Below the pieces are notes generated by a model that did not search any database, had not been told where the DNA came from, and saw nothing but the letters and a program-made list of their open reading frames with translations. A stretch of DNA of 63,028 nucleotides, filler included, from Craspedostauros australis (lineage: Eukaryota), in NCBI GenBank assembly GCA_030167865.1. It is 14 parts of 14 records of this genome, joined end to end, with 100 filler letters (N's around TTAATTAATTAA, not from the genome) between each part and the next. Parts side by side here need not be neighbours in the genome. Positions count along the whole stretch, not along the records: positions 1 to 16,318 come from JALAGF010000300.1; 13 more parts are not named here. One strand, written 5' to 3'. Made by a program: the position numbers and the translations under genes. Positions 1 through 10,182 of the stretch are shown piece after piece; position 1 is the first letter of the stretch; each line of letters opens with the position of its first letter.

Positions 1-700
1 GCACCACACAGTATCACGCGATTCACAGATTTGGATACCAGCATCTCTTCCAGATGGATTTAGATACCCACAAGCTAATAATATGCCCATTGGAATGCTC
101 TCCATGCTCTTATCTTGTTAGAATGAAATGTTTTTGTCCTTTCCATTGAACGTGTCGTCAGAATACGCTCCACATCACAAGGAATTGGAGCAAACAGATG
201 GATGATGTACACATCTACAACTAAGGTAGCCATTTATTCCTTTTACTAGATGCATTAAATTTTAGTGGACTATTTGATTGCATTCTATGGTGATTATGCT
301 AAACATGTATGATGTGGCTTATACTTTTCGTGTGTAGTGCAGGTAGTCTACATTTATACCTAAACTTGCGAGTCGATGTGAGATTTTGTGTCCACGGGAC
401 GTCGTATGGACATTTGGACGTTTTGGGTCGCTAAGAAACACAAAACAGGCTGGTTGATGCAAATCGGCACTTCAAAAGGGCTGGTTAATGAATTTCCTCG
501 TTTCGTGATGAATTCGTCGCACGTCTGATCCGACTATTCGATTCGTGGATTGGAATTGCAAAACCCAAACGCGGTTGGACATCAAAGAGCAGAAAACAAC
601 GAAACACGCAAAAACACATGTGCGAGAGGCTGATGTCGATCGCGGTGAGGTCGCACCCCTGTTGGATTCCAGAAGGGTCGAGGAAGAACACAGAGGAGGC

Positions 701-742
701 CAAGCCAAGGCAAGCCAAGGCAAGCCAAGGCAAGCCAAGGCA
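701..742. repeat. 10-bp tandem repeat (CAAGCCAAGG) x4
   Basis: Direct reading of the sequence. Confidence 0.9.
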
Positions 743-1195
743 GGTCCGCGGTGGATCGTCATACTCTCCGCATTGCATCAATCAACGACGCTTCTCACAA
801 GTGTTACAATTAGAATAGAATAACATACATCCATCACCTGCTTTCGTCCCTCCGAGAGGTCACTGTCTCGTCTGTTCCATCCACAGACGTGCTACGACAA
901 AGTCCTGCGCCTTCTTTCTGAGACACATCCGGGGCGGCGCATCACAGGCTGTCGTCACTGCTGTGTAACTCCTCATTGTAACCGCGTGGCGATTCCTCCG
1001 TTCTGCGACATCAACTCGAGCAACGCAGCCAACGATCAGCAATCGACACGCGATACCATCACACGAAGAACACAGATCATGACCAGCAGTCAGTCAAAAG
1101 AGTGAGGTGATTGTGATTGTGATTGTGCTTGGCATGGCCTGGCATGGCTTGACTGGCTGGGGCGAGTCTGAGTTTGCAAGAGCACGATTCTGATC

Positions 1196-3541
1196 ATGAT
1201 GACAACTCTCCTACTCGTGCTCCAAACTCACATTCCTGCTTTCCTCCATCCATCCATTCCACCATTCAACCATCCATCCATCCATCCATTCAATCTGCAA
1301 CCTCGACTACCCTACTGTACATCTCTTTCGGCAAAATGGTGCAATATCAATGAACCCATACCATTACGTACGAGGACGGATAGTGACGACGCCACCTGCG
1401 AATGGATCAAACAGGTGCACCTTGCATGTCAAAAGCATGACTTGGCAATGGTTCAAGGTCTCGTCGAATCTTATGCGGATGCGGTGGCCATTCCTTCCAA
1501 CACGGTAGACCATGGCGGCAACACTGTGCTTCATAGCGCATGTCGGTTTGGACACACGAGTATCGTCGAGTACTTGGTGAACTCTGGTCGAATCGATGTG
1601 GATGTCAACATCCAAAACAAAGAAGGGTTCACACCATTCCATTTTGCGTGTCAGTTTGGACACATGGGCGTAGTTGAGTTCTTGGTAGAATCGAATGGAA
1701 TAGATGTGAATGCCAACATCCAAGCCAACAATGGTTGGACACCACTCTACCTTGCTTGCTGGACTGAGCACATGGCTGTTGTTGAGTATGTGATGGAGTC
1801 AGATCGAATTGACGCAGATATCAATATCAAAGGCAGTGACGGTCTGACAGCACTTCATGTTGCCTGTTGGCACGGCAACAGAGATCTTGTTGCATATCTG
1901 ATGGAATCTGGTCAAGTCCGGGTTACCATGGAAAGCAACCGCGGCTACACCTTGATTTATTACACCTGCTGGAATAAGCGACCCGATGTGCTCGAGTACT
2001 TGGTGCAATCCAACCATATCGATGTTGACGCCTACATCAACAAACAGAACGATCAGGGCGACACGCCACTGCATGCCGCGTGTGCCTTCGGTGGCATCGA
2101 TCTGCTGAGGTATGTGATGGAGTCGGATGAGATCGGCGTCGATATCAACGTCAACGTCCGAAACGATATGGGGGATACCAGCCTCCAATTGGCCTTTCGC
2201 CGCAAAGAACAGGAGATCATCGCATATTTGTTGGAGTGGGATTGGCTCAGTTTTCGACCCGAGGCGATGAGGCCAAACCGCGATGGTGACTCGTTGCTGC
2301 ATGTTGTCTGCGAAGGGGGGACAAGAGATGCGATTGCAAGCCTGATGGAGTCCCATTACATCGATGTCAACAGCATGCTTGGTATTGATGGTAACGGCAA
2401 CGGTAGCATGCGGAACAGCAAAGGAGACACACCACTCCACACCGCTCTGAGCTCTTGCACCGAGGTGGGTGCGGTTGAGTATCTGATGAACTATGATCGC
2501 ATCCTCACCAGCATCCAGCTTCACACTCAGAACAATGATGGGAATACGCCGTTTCATATTGCGTGTGGGAATCCATCATTCTCCTGGCACGTCTTTTGGT
2601 GCTTGAAGGACTGCAACCTACTCAACATCAATCACAACACCAACGTCAACGGAATCAATGCAAACGTCGACAAAGATGACATCTTCAACATCCAAAACAA
2701 GCATGGGAATACGCCACTCCACATTGCTTGCTTGAAAGGAGACGACTACTTCATCCAGCATCTGCTGCTGTCGTGCAAGGTCAATGCTAGCCTGAACATC
2801 CAAAACAAAGATGGTGACACACCCCTTCACATTGCGTTCAACAGGGGCATGTTCTTCACCATCAATCATGCCGCCAGACTTCGTCACGTCTTCGACTTCA
2901 TCCAACGGCAGGTCGTTCCCACAGCCAACCTCAGCGTTCTCAACATTAAGCATGACGGCGGCGGTAGTGATGGTGGTGGCGATACTGTTGGCGCGATGAG
3001 GATCATCCAACAGCTGATGGAGAATGCCACAGCAATCGCGAACATCCAGAATCATGAGGGCACCACGCTCCTCCATCTTGTGTGCGAGAAGGGCGACGAT
3101 TTCGTCCTTCGAAATCTGATCGGATGTGACTCAGTGGATGCCACGTTACGGAACAGCAAAGGCGATACAGCATTGCACTGCGTTTGTATTTTCAGAGGCG
3201 CAGATGGAGAACCGTCGGAGAATGGGAAAGAGAGCGATGATGGTAAGATGCGAGTTGCGAAGATGGAGACGTTGGTGAAATCGCCGAACGTGAATGTGGA
3301 TGTGAACATGACGGACGGCGAAGGTGATACAGTGTTACACCGTGCAGTGAAAGCTGGTTGTTTAGAGGTGGTTAAGTACCTGGTGACGCTGAATACGACC
3401 GATCGCCATGCGCGGGGCAAACATGGCCTCACACCGTTGCAGTGCGCAAAGAGGGGACATTGCGCATGGAAAATGTTGGCAGCGTTGATGTCGAAGCCGG
3501 TCGATCGTGCCATAGAATACGACCGACTGCGATCGTGGTGA
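1196..3541 (+). CDS. Ankyrin-repeat protein (roughly 15-18 repeats), single exon; true start may be downstream (e.g. Met at 1448)
   Basis: 781-aa ORF with recurring G-x-T-P-L-H-x-A-C...G-x-x-x-x-V-x-Y-L motifs (GNTVLHSAC, GFTPFHFAC, GWTPLYLAC, GDTPLHAAC, GNTPLHIAC, GDTVLHRAV). The first ~50 codons include a CCAT microsatellite, so the start is uncertain. Confidence 0.9.
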   Translation: MMTTLLLVLQTHIPAFLHPSIPPFNHPSIHPFNLQPRLPYCTSLSAKWCNINEPIPLRTRTDSDDATCEWIKQVHLACQKHDLAMVQGLVESYADAVAIPSNTVDHGGNTVLHSACRFGHTSIVEYLVNSGRIDVDVNIQNKEGFTPFHFACQFGHMGVVEFLVESNGIDVNANIQANNGWTPLYLACWTEHMAVVEYVMESDRIDADINIKGSDGLTALHVACWHGNRDLVAYLMESGQVRVTMESNRGYTLIYYTCWNKRPDVLEYLVQSNHIDVDAYINKQNDQGDTPLHAACAFGGIDLLRYVMESDEIGVDINVNVRNDMGDTSLQLAFRRKEQEIIAYLLEWDWLSFRPEAMRPNRDGDSLLHVVCEGGTRDAIASLMESHYIDVNSMLGIDGNGNGSMRNSKGDTPLHTALSSCTEVGAVEYLMNYDRILTSIQLHTQNNDGNTPFHIACGNPSFSWHVFWCLKDCNLLNINHNTNVNGINANVDKDDIFNIQNKHGNTPLHIACLKGDDYFIQHLLLSCKVNASLNIQNKDGDTPLHIAFNRGMFFTINHAARLRHVFDFIQRQVVPTANLSVLNIKHDGGGSDGGGDTVGAMRIIQQLMENATAIANIQNHEGTTLLHLVCEKGDDFVLRNLIGCDSVDATLRNSKGDTALHCVCIFRGADGEPSENGKESDDGKMRVAKMETLVKSPNVNVDVNMTDGEGDTVLHRAVKAGCLEVVKYLVTLNTTDRHARGKHGLTPLQCAKRGHCAWKMLAALMSKPVDRAIEYDRLRSW

Positions 3542-4830
3542 CGATGATAGCGATGGCACCGAGGCTGCAGTGGTAGAGGTATTGAACAGAAAGAGGCGAT
3601 TTCGGGATGTCGCACGCTGTCCGTGAGAAACGAGTCAAGCGCCAAATGAGAGATGGAAGCGGTCTCATCGGGGTCGTCGCATTTCAACCAGCCTAATCTC
3701 CTATTCTGCGCTGGAATAAGGCGAAGTGCGCATGATATTATGGAAAATAGCATGGATACGAATGGCAATGCTGCTGTGGAGTGCACTCTAGAGTCCTCAT
3801 AATCACAGAACTCTCATCCATCACTACCCTCCTCAATAACGCTCTGCATGGCACACCATCGTTGCTCCCGCAACACATGTCTCGGCGGTGCAGTCTCCCG
3901 CACTCCTCCAATCGCCACCGCAGCCAGCTGCCGACGGATCGCTTCCCGCTGCGTATAGTAATGTTGATCTCACTTTGATTGGCTTGAACACCCGAGCGTC
4001 GCTGGTGGAGATGTCCAAAGACGTCACCGTTGCACACACTCGTTGCACCGCCACATGTTTCCGTGCAATCACAATCCCTTCAATTGCGTGGTACGGAGGA
4101 TCTGCTCTACACCAAATCGTAGACTTCACATGACCACGACTAAAAACATAGCAAGTGCAATCGTGGACAAATCCAAAGTCCATTCGTGGCATCATATGCA
4201 AGATCCACGACAGAAAAGACACATCATGTTGCGCAGAGCGTGGAAGCAACAACATCACCAAAGCAGACGAAGACGCAACCAAACAGAAGAGAAGATTGCA
4301 ACAAGACAGCAACGCTCTGATGCATTGATGGGCTGATGCACACCTATTATACTTCTCTTGGTCTTCAGGTACCAGACCTGCTCGCGCCCTGATCTCCACA
4401 AGAACCGGCCCGAACTGATGCGCATCGGTTGGAAACCGGACCAACCTCATTGCTATTGATCTGCAACAGCGGCGCTGCGCTCGCATTGGTGCCACCATCT
4501 TACTCATAGTAGTACTGCGAGCTGGAGCACTCCCACTGCCTTGCATTTCCTTGCATCGCCTTGCACCGCAGGAACACCACAGTCTCGCAGGTGGTGGACA
4601 AACGGATAACACCAGCGAGCATCAAGGTGAAACGCATTCGAAAGAGAAAGTGCTCAACACGAACATCACGCCCGTACATATTGCACATATTGCGCATATC
4701 GTGCATATCGTGCATATCGTATCAGTAGTCGTACAGCCAGAAAGCAACATAGCAACACAGCAACATAGCAATACAGCAACACGATACTCGTACGTCTTCC
4801 CAAGAGGACGATCTCCATTGCATTGGCAAG

Positions 4831-6225
4831 ATGGGAAGTTGTTTGTCGTCAGGATCGAGCAATGCCAGATATGGCGAATACGAGACCAGGAACATCGGCA
4901 GGGCGGTGGTGGCAATGTCGGAAGGCAAGGTGGATCTGGAGCAGCTGCTGAAGCTGTGGCAATCTTCCAACAGCCACCGGAATGAGGCTCTTCGGATGAT
5001 ACCCGGACGCGTCGCCGCATGCCCGCACGAAGCCAGAAAGAAGGACAAGCACGATGACTACCCCATCCACACCCTCTGCGATCACCACCCAACCATGGAA
5101 GCTAATAATACCGACCTGATCAACGCCATCAACGCGCTCGTCGGTGCATTTCCGGAGGCCCTCTTGATTGAGAGTGGGATGGCCTCGCTCCCGTTGCATA
5201 TGGCCAGCAGCTATTTGCCAGCCGAGGTCGCCAGCCGCGTTCTGCAGCACAATACCGAGGCTGCATCCAAGCAGCGCCGGTACGGAGGCCTGGCACTTCA
5301 TTGGACCGCGATGCGCTATGTCGAGCGCGCGGAAGCTGGGCAGCTCAGTTTCTTGATAGAGCAGCTGTGGGCTTATCCTTTGGGTTCCACGACGAATGAC
5401 TACGAAGAGAGAACCGCGTTGCGCAGAGCGTGCTGCGTCGATCTGGAAGATGTTCGAGTGGACGGAGACTCGGCGAACACGATGATGGGGGCGAACGTCC
5501 TCCTAGAGCGCTGCTACGTGGTAGCTGTCATCATGCTGCTCTTCGCACAGTACGCGGCCACGTCCGAAGATGACGACGTTGAAAAAACTGGCGCTAGCGG
5601 TGCAGTGAACAGCACCGCAAACGATGTCGCCGGAGATGCAGCCAGTGACGAAGGCGACGGCAACGACAATATCGATAGCGAAAGCGATAGCGATAGCAAG
5701 GAGAAGACACCCAGTGCCCCAAACAACGACGAGACGAGGCAACAGCCACAGCAGACGAAAAAGGAGAAGTTGGCGAAGATACTGGCGACACTTCTGGAAG
5801 CGGCGAAGGAGGACACGTTATCATGCGTCCAAGTTCCAGGAATCCTGTTTGCATTGGCACAGCACTACAGCTCCTGCCAGGTCCCCGAATTCATCGTCCA
5901 AATGATCACCAGCCGGCACCAGTGCCAGTTTCTTCAGTGCGAAGGACGCAGCGGGAAGTTTCCAGTGCAATGCATCGCACCATGTGGCGCGTGGCACGAT
6001 ATTGATGGAGAAGACTTGACGTGGGTGTTCCGCCGTCAGCACGAAACCATGCTCTTCACCATGCTGCGCGGCTTTCCGTGGGAATTCGCTCCACCCCTCA
6101 GCAACGTCAACAGCAACAGCATTCTCACTGACAAGATGCCGCCTGGCAAAGACGGTTGTGACGATGAAAGTCAGGCCGAGGAAGTGGAGTTAGAAGAGCT
6201 GTCACACAACATTGATGGCGCATGA
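4831..6225 (+). CDS. Hypothetical protein with N-terminal myristoylation/palmitoylation-like motif and degenerate ankyrin-like repeats
   Basis: 464-aa ORF beginning MGSCLSS (MGxxxS with Cys). Diatom-type degenerate ankyrin motifs YPIHTLC, LPLHMA, LALHW, TALRRAC. Acidic low-complexity linker. Confidence 0.75.
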   Translation: MGSCLSSGSSNARYGEYETRNIGRAVVAMSEGKVDLEQLLKLWQSSNSHRNEALRMIPGRVAACPHEARKKDKHDDYPIHTLCDHHPTMEANNTDLINAINALVGAFPEALLIESGMASLPLHMASSYLPAEVASRVLQHNTEAASKQRRYGGLALHWTAMRYVERAEAGQLSFLIEQLWAYPLGSTTNDYEERTALRRACCVDLEDVRVDGDSANTMMGANVLLERCYVVAVIMLLFAQYAATSEDDDVEKTGASGAVNSTANDVAGDAASDEGDGNDNIDSESDSDSKEKTPSAPNNDETRQQPQQTKKEKLAKILATLLEAAKEDTLSCVQVPGILFALAQHYSSCQVPEFIVQMITSRHQCQFLQCEGRSGKFPVQCIAPCGAWHDIDGEDLTWVFRRQHETMLFTMLRGFPWEFAPPLSNVNSNSILTDKMPPGKDGCDDESQAEEVELEELSHNIDGA

Positions 6226-6807
6226 GAAACCATCACGAACTAACGACAAGACGACAAAATGACGACGACGACGACGACGCAGGAAGCAGCTATCCATCAC
6301 ACGAGCGCAATACAATGTTACATTCTCTGAACATCAAATCTATCTCACCCGTATGTGGGCTTTGTGGCATCGGTGTTACAATGCACATGCTCCTCGTTGC
6401 CATGCACGATGACTTCGCTTGTACAACGTTGATGCATTGCGCGTACGAAACAGAGAGTGCTGTCTTGCAACCGGGGGACACATACAGTAGGAGAATTCCA
6501 TCCATCGAATGCCGATACGATGCGGCGATTCGTGATGTCTCTCCATGGCAGCCCGTCCAAGGAAACGAAAGTGGCTCCTCCACACGTACAACATGTCGTA
6601 CACAACGTGGCAGATCGGTTGGTGCTGACAGGAGAGGAATACACAAGAGAGAGAGAGAGAGGTTGTTGATCTATTGATGGTCTTACTATGCTCGTGTCTA
6701 AAGTCAAGGCATGCCGTTGATCCAGACAAACAGCCCAAACTGGCCCTTAATTTAGGTTATTCCACCTGAGTTGCATGTTGCATACATACTTGGATACATA
6801 TTCTACC

Positions 6808-8673
6808 CTAGTAGCGTCTGCCATGACGCCGTTGCTTGGCGTGGCGAACCCACTGATTGGGCATGTCGACGTAGACCTTGCGCTTTTCCAGGTAGGGAGC
6901 GAATTCGTCGCCGTTGCTGGGCGAATGCGCCGCATGGAAGGCCTCAATGACATGGCGATCGACGACACCCAGGTTGGCCGCCATGTCCCAGAGCGTGACG
7001 GTGATGTTGCCGCGCGTGCGACAGGGAGGCAGGAGGAGGCGGACGATCTGCAGCATGTAGGTGATGGTGGCGGCGTTGCGTTGGAGACGGCCCGTCTCGC
7101 TGTGGGTGAGGGCGTCGAGGAGTCCGAAGGCGTTGGCCAAGGCCTGATCCCGACGTTCCTCGTGCTTCTCCCACTGGATGGGCATGTTGGCGATGCATCG
7201 CAGGACGGCGTTGTAGGATTGCATGGTGGGGACGGTGTGGGGGTTGGTGTTGTGTTTGTCGCCACCATCGAGCTGATGCGCGGCGTGGATGGTGCGGAGG
7301 ACGTCGGAAACATCGTCGGGTGACCAGGAGACGGAATCGGGTTCGTGGATGGTGACTGCCGCCATGGCGTCCAGGAGGATATCGTAGCACGCCGTGGATG
7401 CACCCGGCGGCGCAAAGTCTTTGGTTGTGTCGCGCTCGCCGAGATCGAGGTTGGGGTTAGATTCTCCGTCTTCTTGCTGGACTTCCTCGCCGTTGCGATT
7501 GTCTTTGCGATTGTCTTTGCGATTGTCGTTGCGATTGTAGTTGTCGTTACGATTGTAGTTGTCGTTGCGATTATCGTTGCGATTGTCGTTGTCGTTGTCA
7601 ATGCGATTGTCAATGCGAATATCATTGCGATTGTAGTTGTCTTTGCGATTGTCATTGCGATTGCGATTGTAGTTGTCATTGCGATTATCATTGCGATTGT
7701 CGTTGCGATTATCATTGCGATTGTAGTTGTCGTTGCCAGTGTTATTGACACGCGACTCAGCAGGCACGGAGACATCGATGGGAGCATCCACCGCAAAATT
7801 CACGGGCACCGAATCGAAGAAGGGATTGTCTTCCATGCGCTTCGATCGTTTCGCTGCCAGCTTGGCCTGCAGGGCCTTCTCCTTCTGCTTGGCAGCCAGC
7901 TTGGAGTGTCGCAGGTCCATGTAGGCGCTGCCCTCCTCTTCGAGCCTCTTGATGATGGCCTGCATGAGCATGATGTGATGCGTGGGCTGCAACGGGGATG
8001 GCTGCGAGGACGCGTCGCCGTTGGCCGCCTTGATCTCCTCCTCGTCCTCCGCAACGATGGAATGGGGAATGTGGCTGGCGTGGCCCCTGAGGAGGTACTC
8101 CGCCAGCTGAACGGCATGGTTGGCAGCGTGCCACGCATGGTCCGAGCTTTGCGCGAAGTCGGCGCCGCCGTCCTTGGTGTCGTTGTCTTCGTAGACGAAG
8201 AGCGATCCCACGTCCGCATGCAGCATCTGGTCAGTGAGGTGCTGGAGCTCGTCAATGTCGGTGCAGACCCTAGGGGCTTGCTTTCGGGAGTGGCGCGTTG
8301 GGAGGCCACCGCCGCCGTTGCTGGGAGTGGCCTGCTTCTGCTTCTGCGGTGGCTCCGATGCAGTTGCAGTTGCAGTTGGAGCCGTAGTTGGAGTGGAAGG
8401 TGCTGCGCTAGCGACATCGTCCGCAGAGGACTTGAGAGCAGTTGCTGCGCTGCTGAACGCACCGTTCTGCTCATGCTGATATCCATGCTGATGTCCATGC
8501 TGATGATTGTGCTGCGCTTGTTGTCCAGCACGGAACTGAGTCTGCGCAGTCACGATCGTGCATGCAGGTCTGACGCAAGCTGGTGAGGCTGACAAGGGCA
8601 GGAGATGCCGCCGTGTTGGCGTGGACCAACAGCGAGCCGCGAAGCTCCGCACGACACTCCGGCTTCGAATCAT
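6808..8673 (-). CDS. Probable mitochondrial PPR-like (pentatricopeptide-type) RNA-binding protein with N/R/D-rich insert
   Basis: 621-aa ORF. Arg/Ser-rich, acid-free N-terminus (MIRSRSVVRSFAARCWSTPTRRH) resembles a mitochondrial presequence. C-terminal PPR-like helices ACYDILLDAMA, PTMQSYNAVLRCIA, RNAATITYMLQIV. Confidence 0.75.
   Translation of the reverse strand: MIRSRSVVRSFAARCWSTPTRRHLLPLSASPACVRPACTIVTAQTQFRAGQQAQHNHQHGHQHGYQHEQNGAFSSAATALKSSADDVASAAPSTPTTAPTATATASEPPQKQKQATPSNGGGGLPTRHSRKQAPRVCTDIDELQHLTDQMLHADVGSLFVYEDNDTKDGGADFAQSSDHAWHAANHAVQLAEYLLRGHASHIPHSIVAEDEEEIKAANGDASSQPSPLQPTHHIMLMQAIIKRLEEEGSAYMDLRHSKLAAKQKEKALQAKLAAKRSKRMEDNPFFDSVPVNFAVDAPIDVSVPAESRVNNTGNDNYNRNDNRNDNRNDNRNDNYNRNRNDNRKDNYNRNDIRIDNRIDNDNDNRNDNRNDNYNRNDNYNRNDNRKDNRKDNRNGEEVQQEDGESNPNLDLGERDTTKDFAPPGASTACYDILLDAMAAVTIHEPDSVSWSPDDVSDVLRTIHAAHQLDGGDKHNTNPHTVPTMQSYNAVLRCIANMPIQWEKHEERRDQALANAFGLLDALTHSETGRLQRNAATITYMLQIVRLLLPPCRTRGNITVTLWDMAANLGVVDRHVIEAFHAAHSPSNGDEFAPYLEKRKVYVDMPNQWVRHAKQRRHGRRY
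7493..7735 (-). repeat. Coding minisatellite (~12/18-nt units) encoding (NRND/NYNRND)n
   Basis: Repeated GCGATTGTCGTT-like units on the + strand; translates to NRNDNRND... in the PPR-like ORF. Confidence 0.85.
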
Positions 8674-10182
8674 GATGCGCTTGGGAGTATGCTCCGCTCT
8701 ACTCTACTCTGCTCTGGCTGGCTGGCCGTTCAATGGATGCTGAGTGGGGGGATCTTTCGCATCTGCCGCTTCCTCCTGCGCCAACTCATGGTGGGCGCCA
8801 TGGTCGACATCATCTCCAGCCGTCAACACCATTGCTCACGACATCGCCGTCACCATCACCACACAACAACACGAGATCTGCTTGTCCATGCCCACGGGAG
8901 ATGTCCAGACTGCGATCATGCTCAATGTAATCAATTCGACTATTTCGATCACTCTTGATTCAATCGTGTAAATGGAAGTTGTGTCAATATATATGTTATT
9001 CACTTTAATTTGAAAGGGAGTTTCATCACAGTCATCTCGATTGGAGAACAGGTCATTGAAAACACGATCACAAGAACCATTTTGTGAGTGCATTGGGATC
9101 ACGCTCAACTCAGCGAAGCACGTGCACGTATGACGCCAATGGGAGCAAAACACAGTCGACACTTCCAGCCACACAAAATGTCCCCGCCGAATTCTGTTTT
9201 CTCTTTCAGATGGCAACAAATACTTGAAGCAAGACCAAGCGTGCTTTTGGACGAGAAATGTGCAATGGACCAACGCTGTGGTTGACCAAAGTTGTTCGTG
9301 AATCCAAGAATGACGTTGGCGTGTTCGTGATATCGCTAGATTTCTGTCAGTTGTGACCAATCAGAACTTGTCCACCATTTCGCATCGTGAAGGGCCGAGA
9401 TGTTCGTATGCAATTTTTCTTTATTATTAAGCCTGGAGGAGCGAATGATGCGAACGAGCATGACCGTTGATAAGCCGATTGTGATCCTATCTCCCCAGTC
9501 ACCTTTTTTGGGTGGACTGAACCAAAGCGTTTCCGATTCATCCAAGTCTCACCAACAAGCCAATGATTTCTCGCAATCTGTTGTGGACCATGACAGAGCT
9601 TGTCGGATGTTGTCAGACACGCTGATCTCCGACAAGGTTCACGGATCAAATCGCGCTGCATTCCTCGTCACAACATGAATTCCGCTCGTGGGTTTTCTTC
9701 GTGGGCAACATGGGAGCGCCGGAGGAGCGAGGGAGATACAGATGGGAGGGAACCATGCCAACGTACAGTGAGTATGGTGCGAGCGACAACCACGAGTAGA
9801 GTCGGAATAATAAACACTGAAGAGTATTGGTACTGAAATGCCGCTGGCAACCATCTGGACTCCCTCTTGCCCAAGCACGTGATACGGAGGACGAACATCA
9901 CCCAACAGATCCGTGGAACGCACGCGGAGTCCAATGTCCGCATGGGCCGCCACTCCAAGGAGAGCAGAACCATGAATCGCGAAGAGATTCCCTCCTTCGC
10001 TGACCTGTTGGAAACCATTTCTGTATTGTGCATCTTGCTGTTGCCGTCTTTGGTATCGTCATCGCTCCCATAAAATTACTCCCATCACTGCTCATCTCGA
10101 TCACATAATATAAGACAATAGCGCTCCAACACAGCCAGCAATACCCCCAACTCACTCGCAGCACCATAGCAACACAACCAAC

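Noticed and set aside
7345..8586. 413-aa hydrophobic ORF on + (and 349-aa Thr/Ile ORF on -)
   Set aside because: Shadow frames of the NRND repeat in the PPR-like gene.
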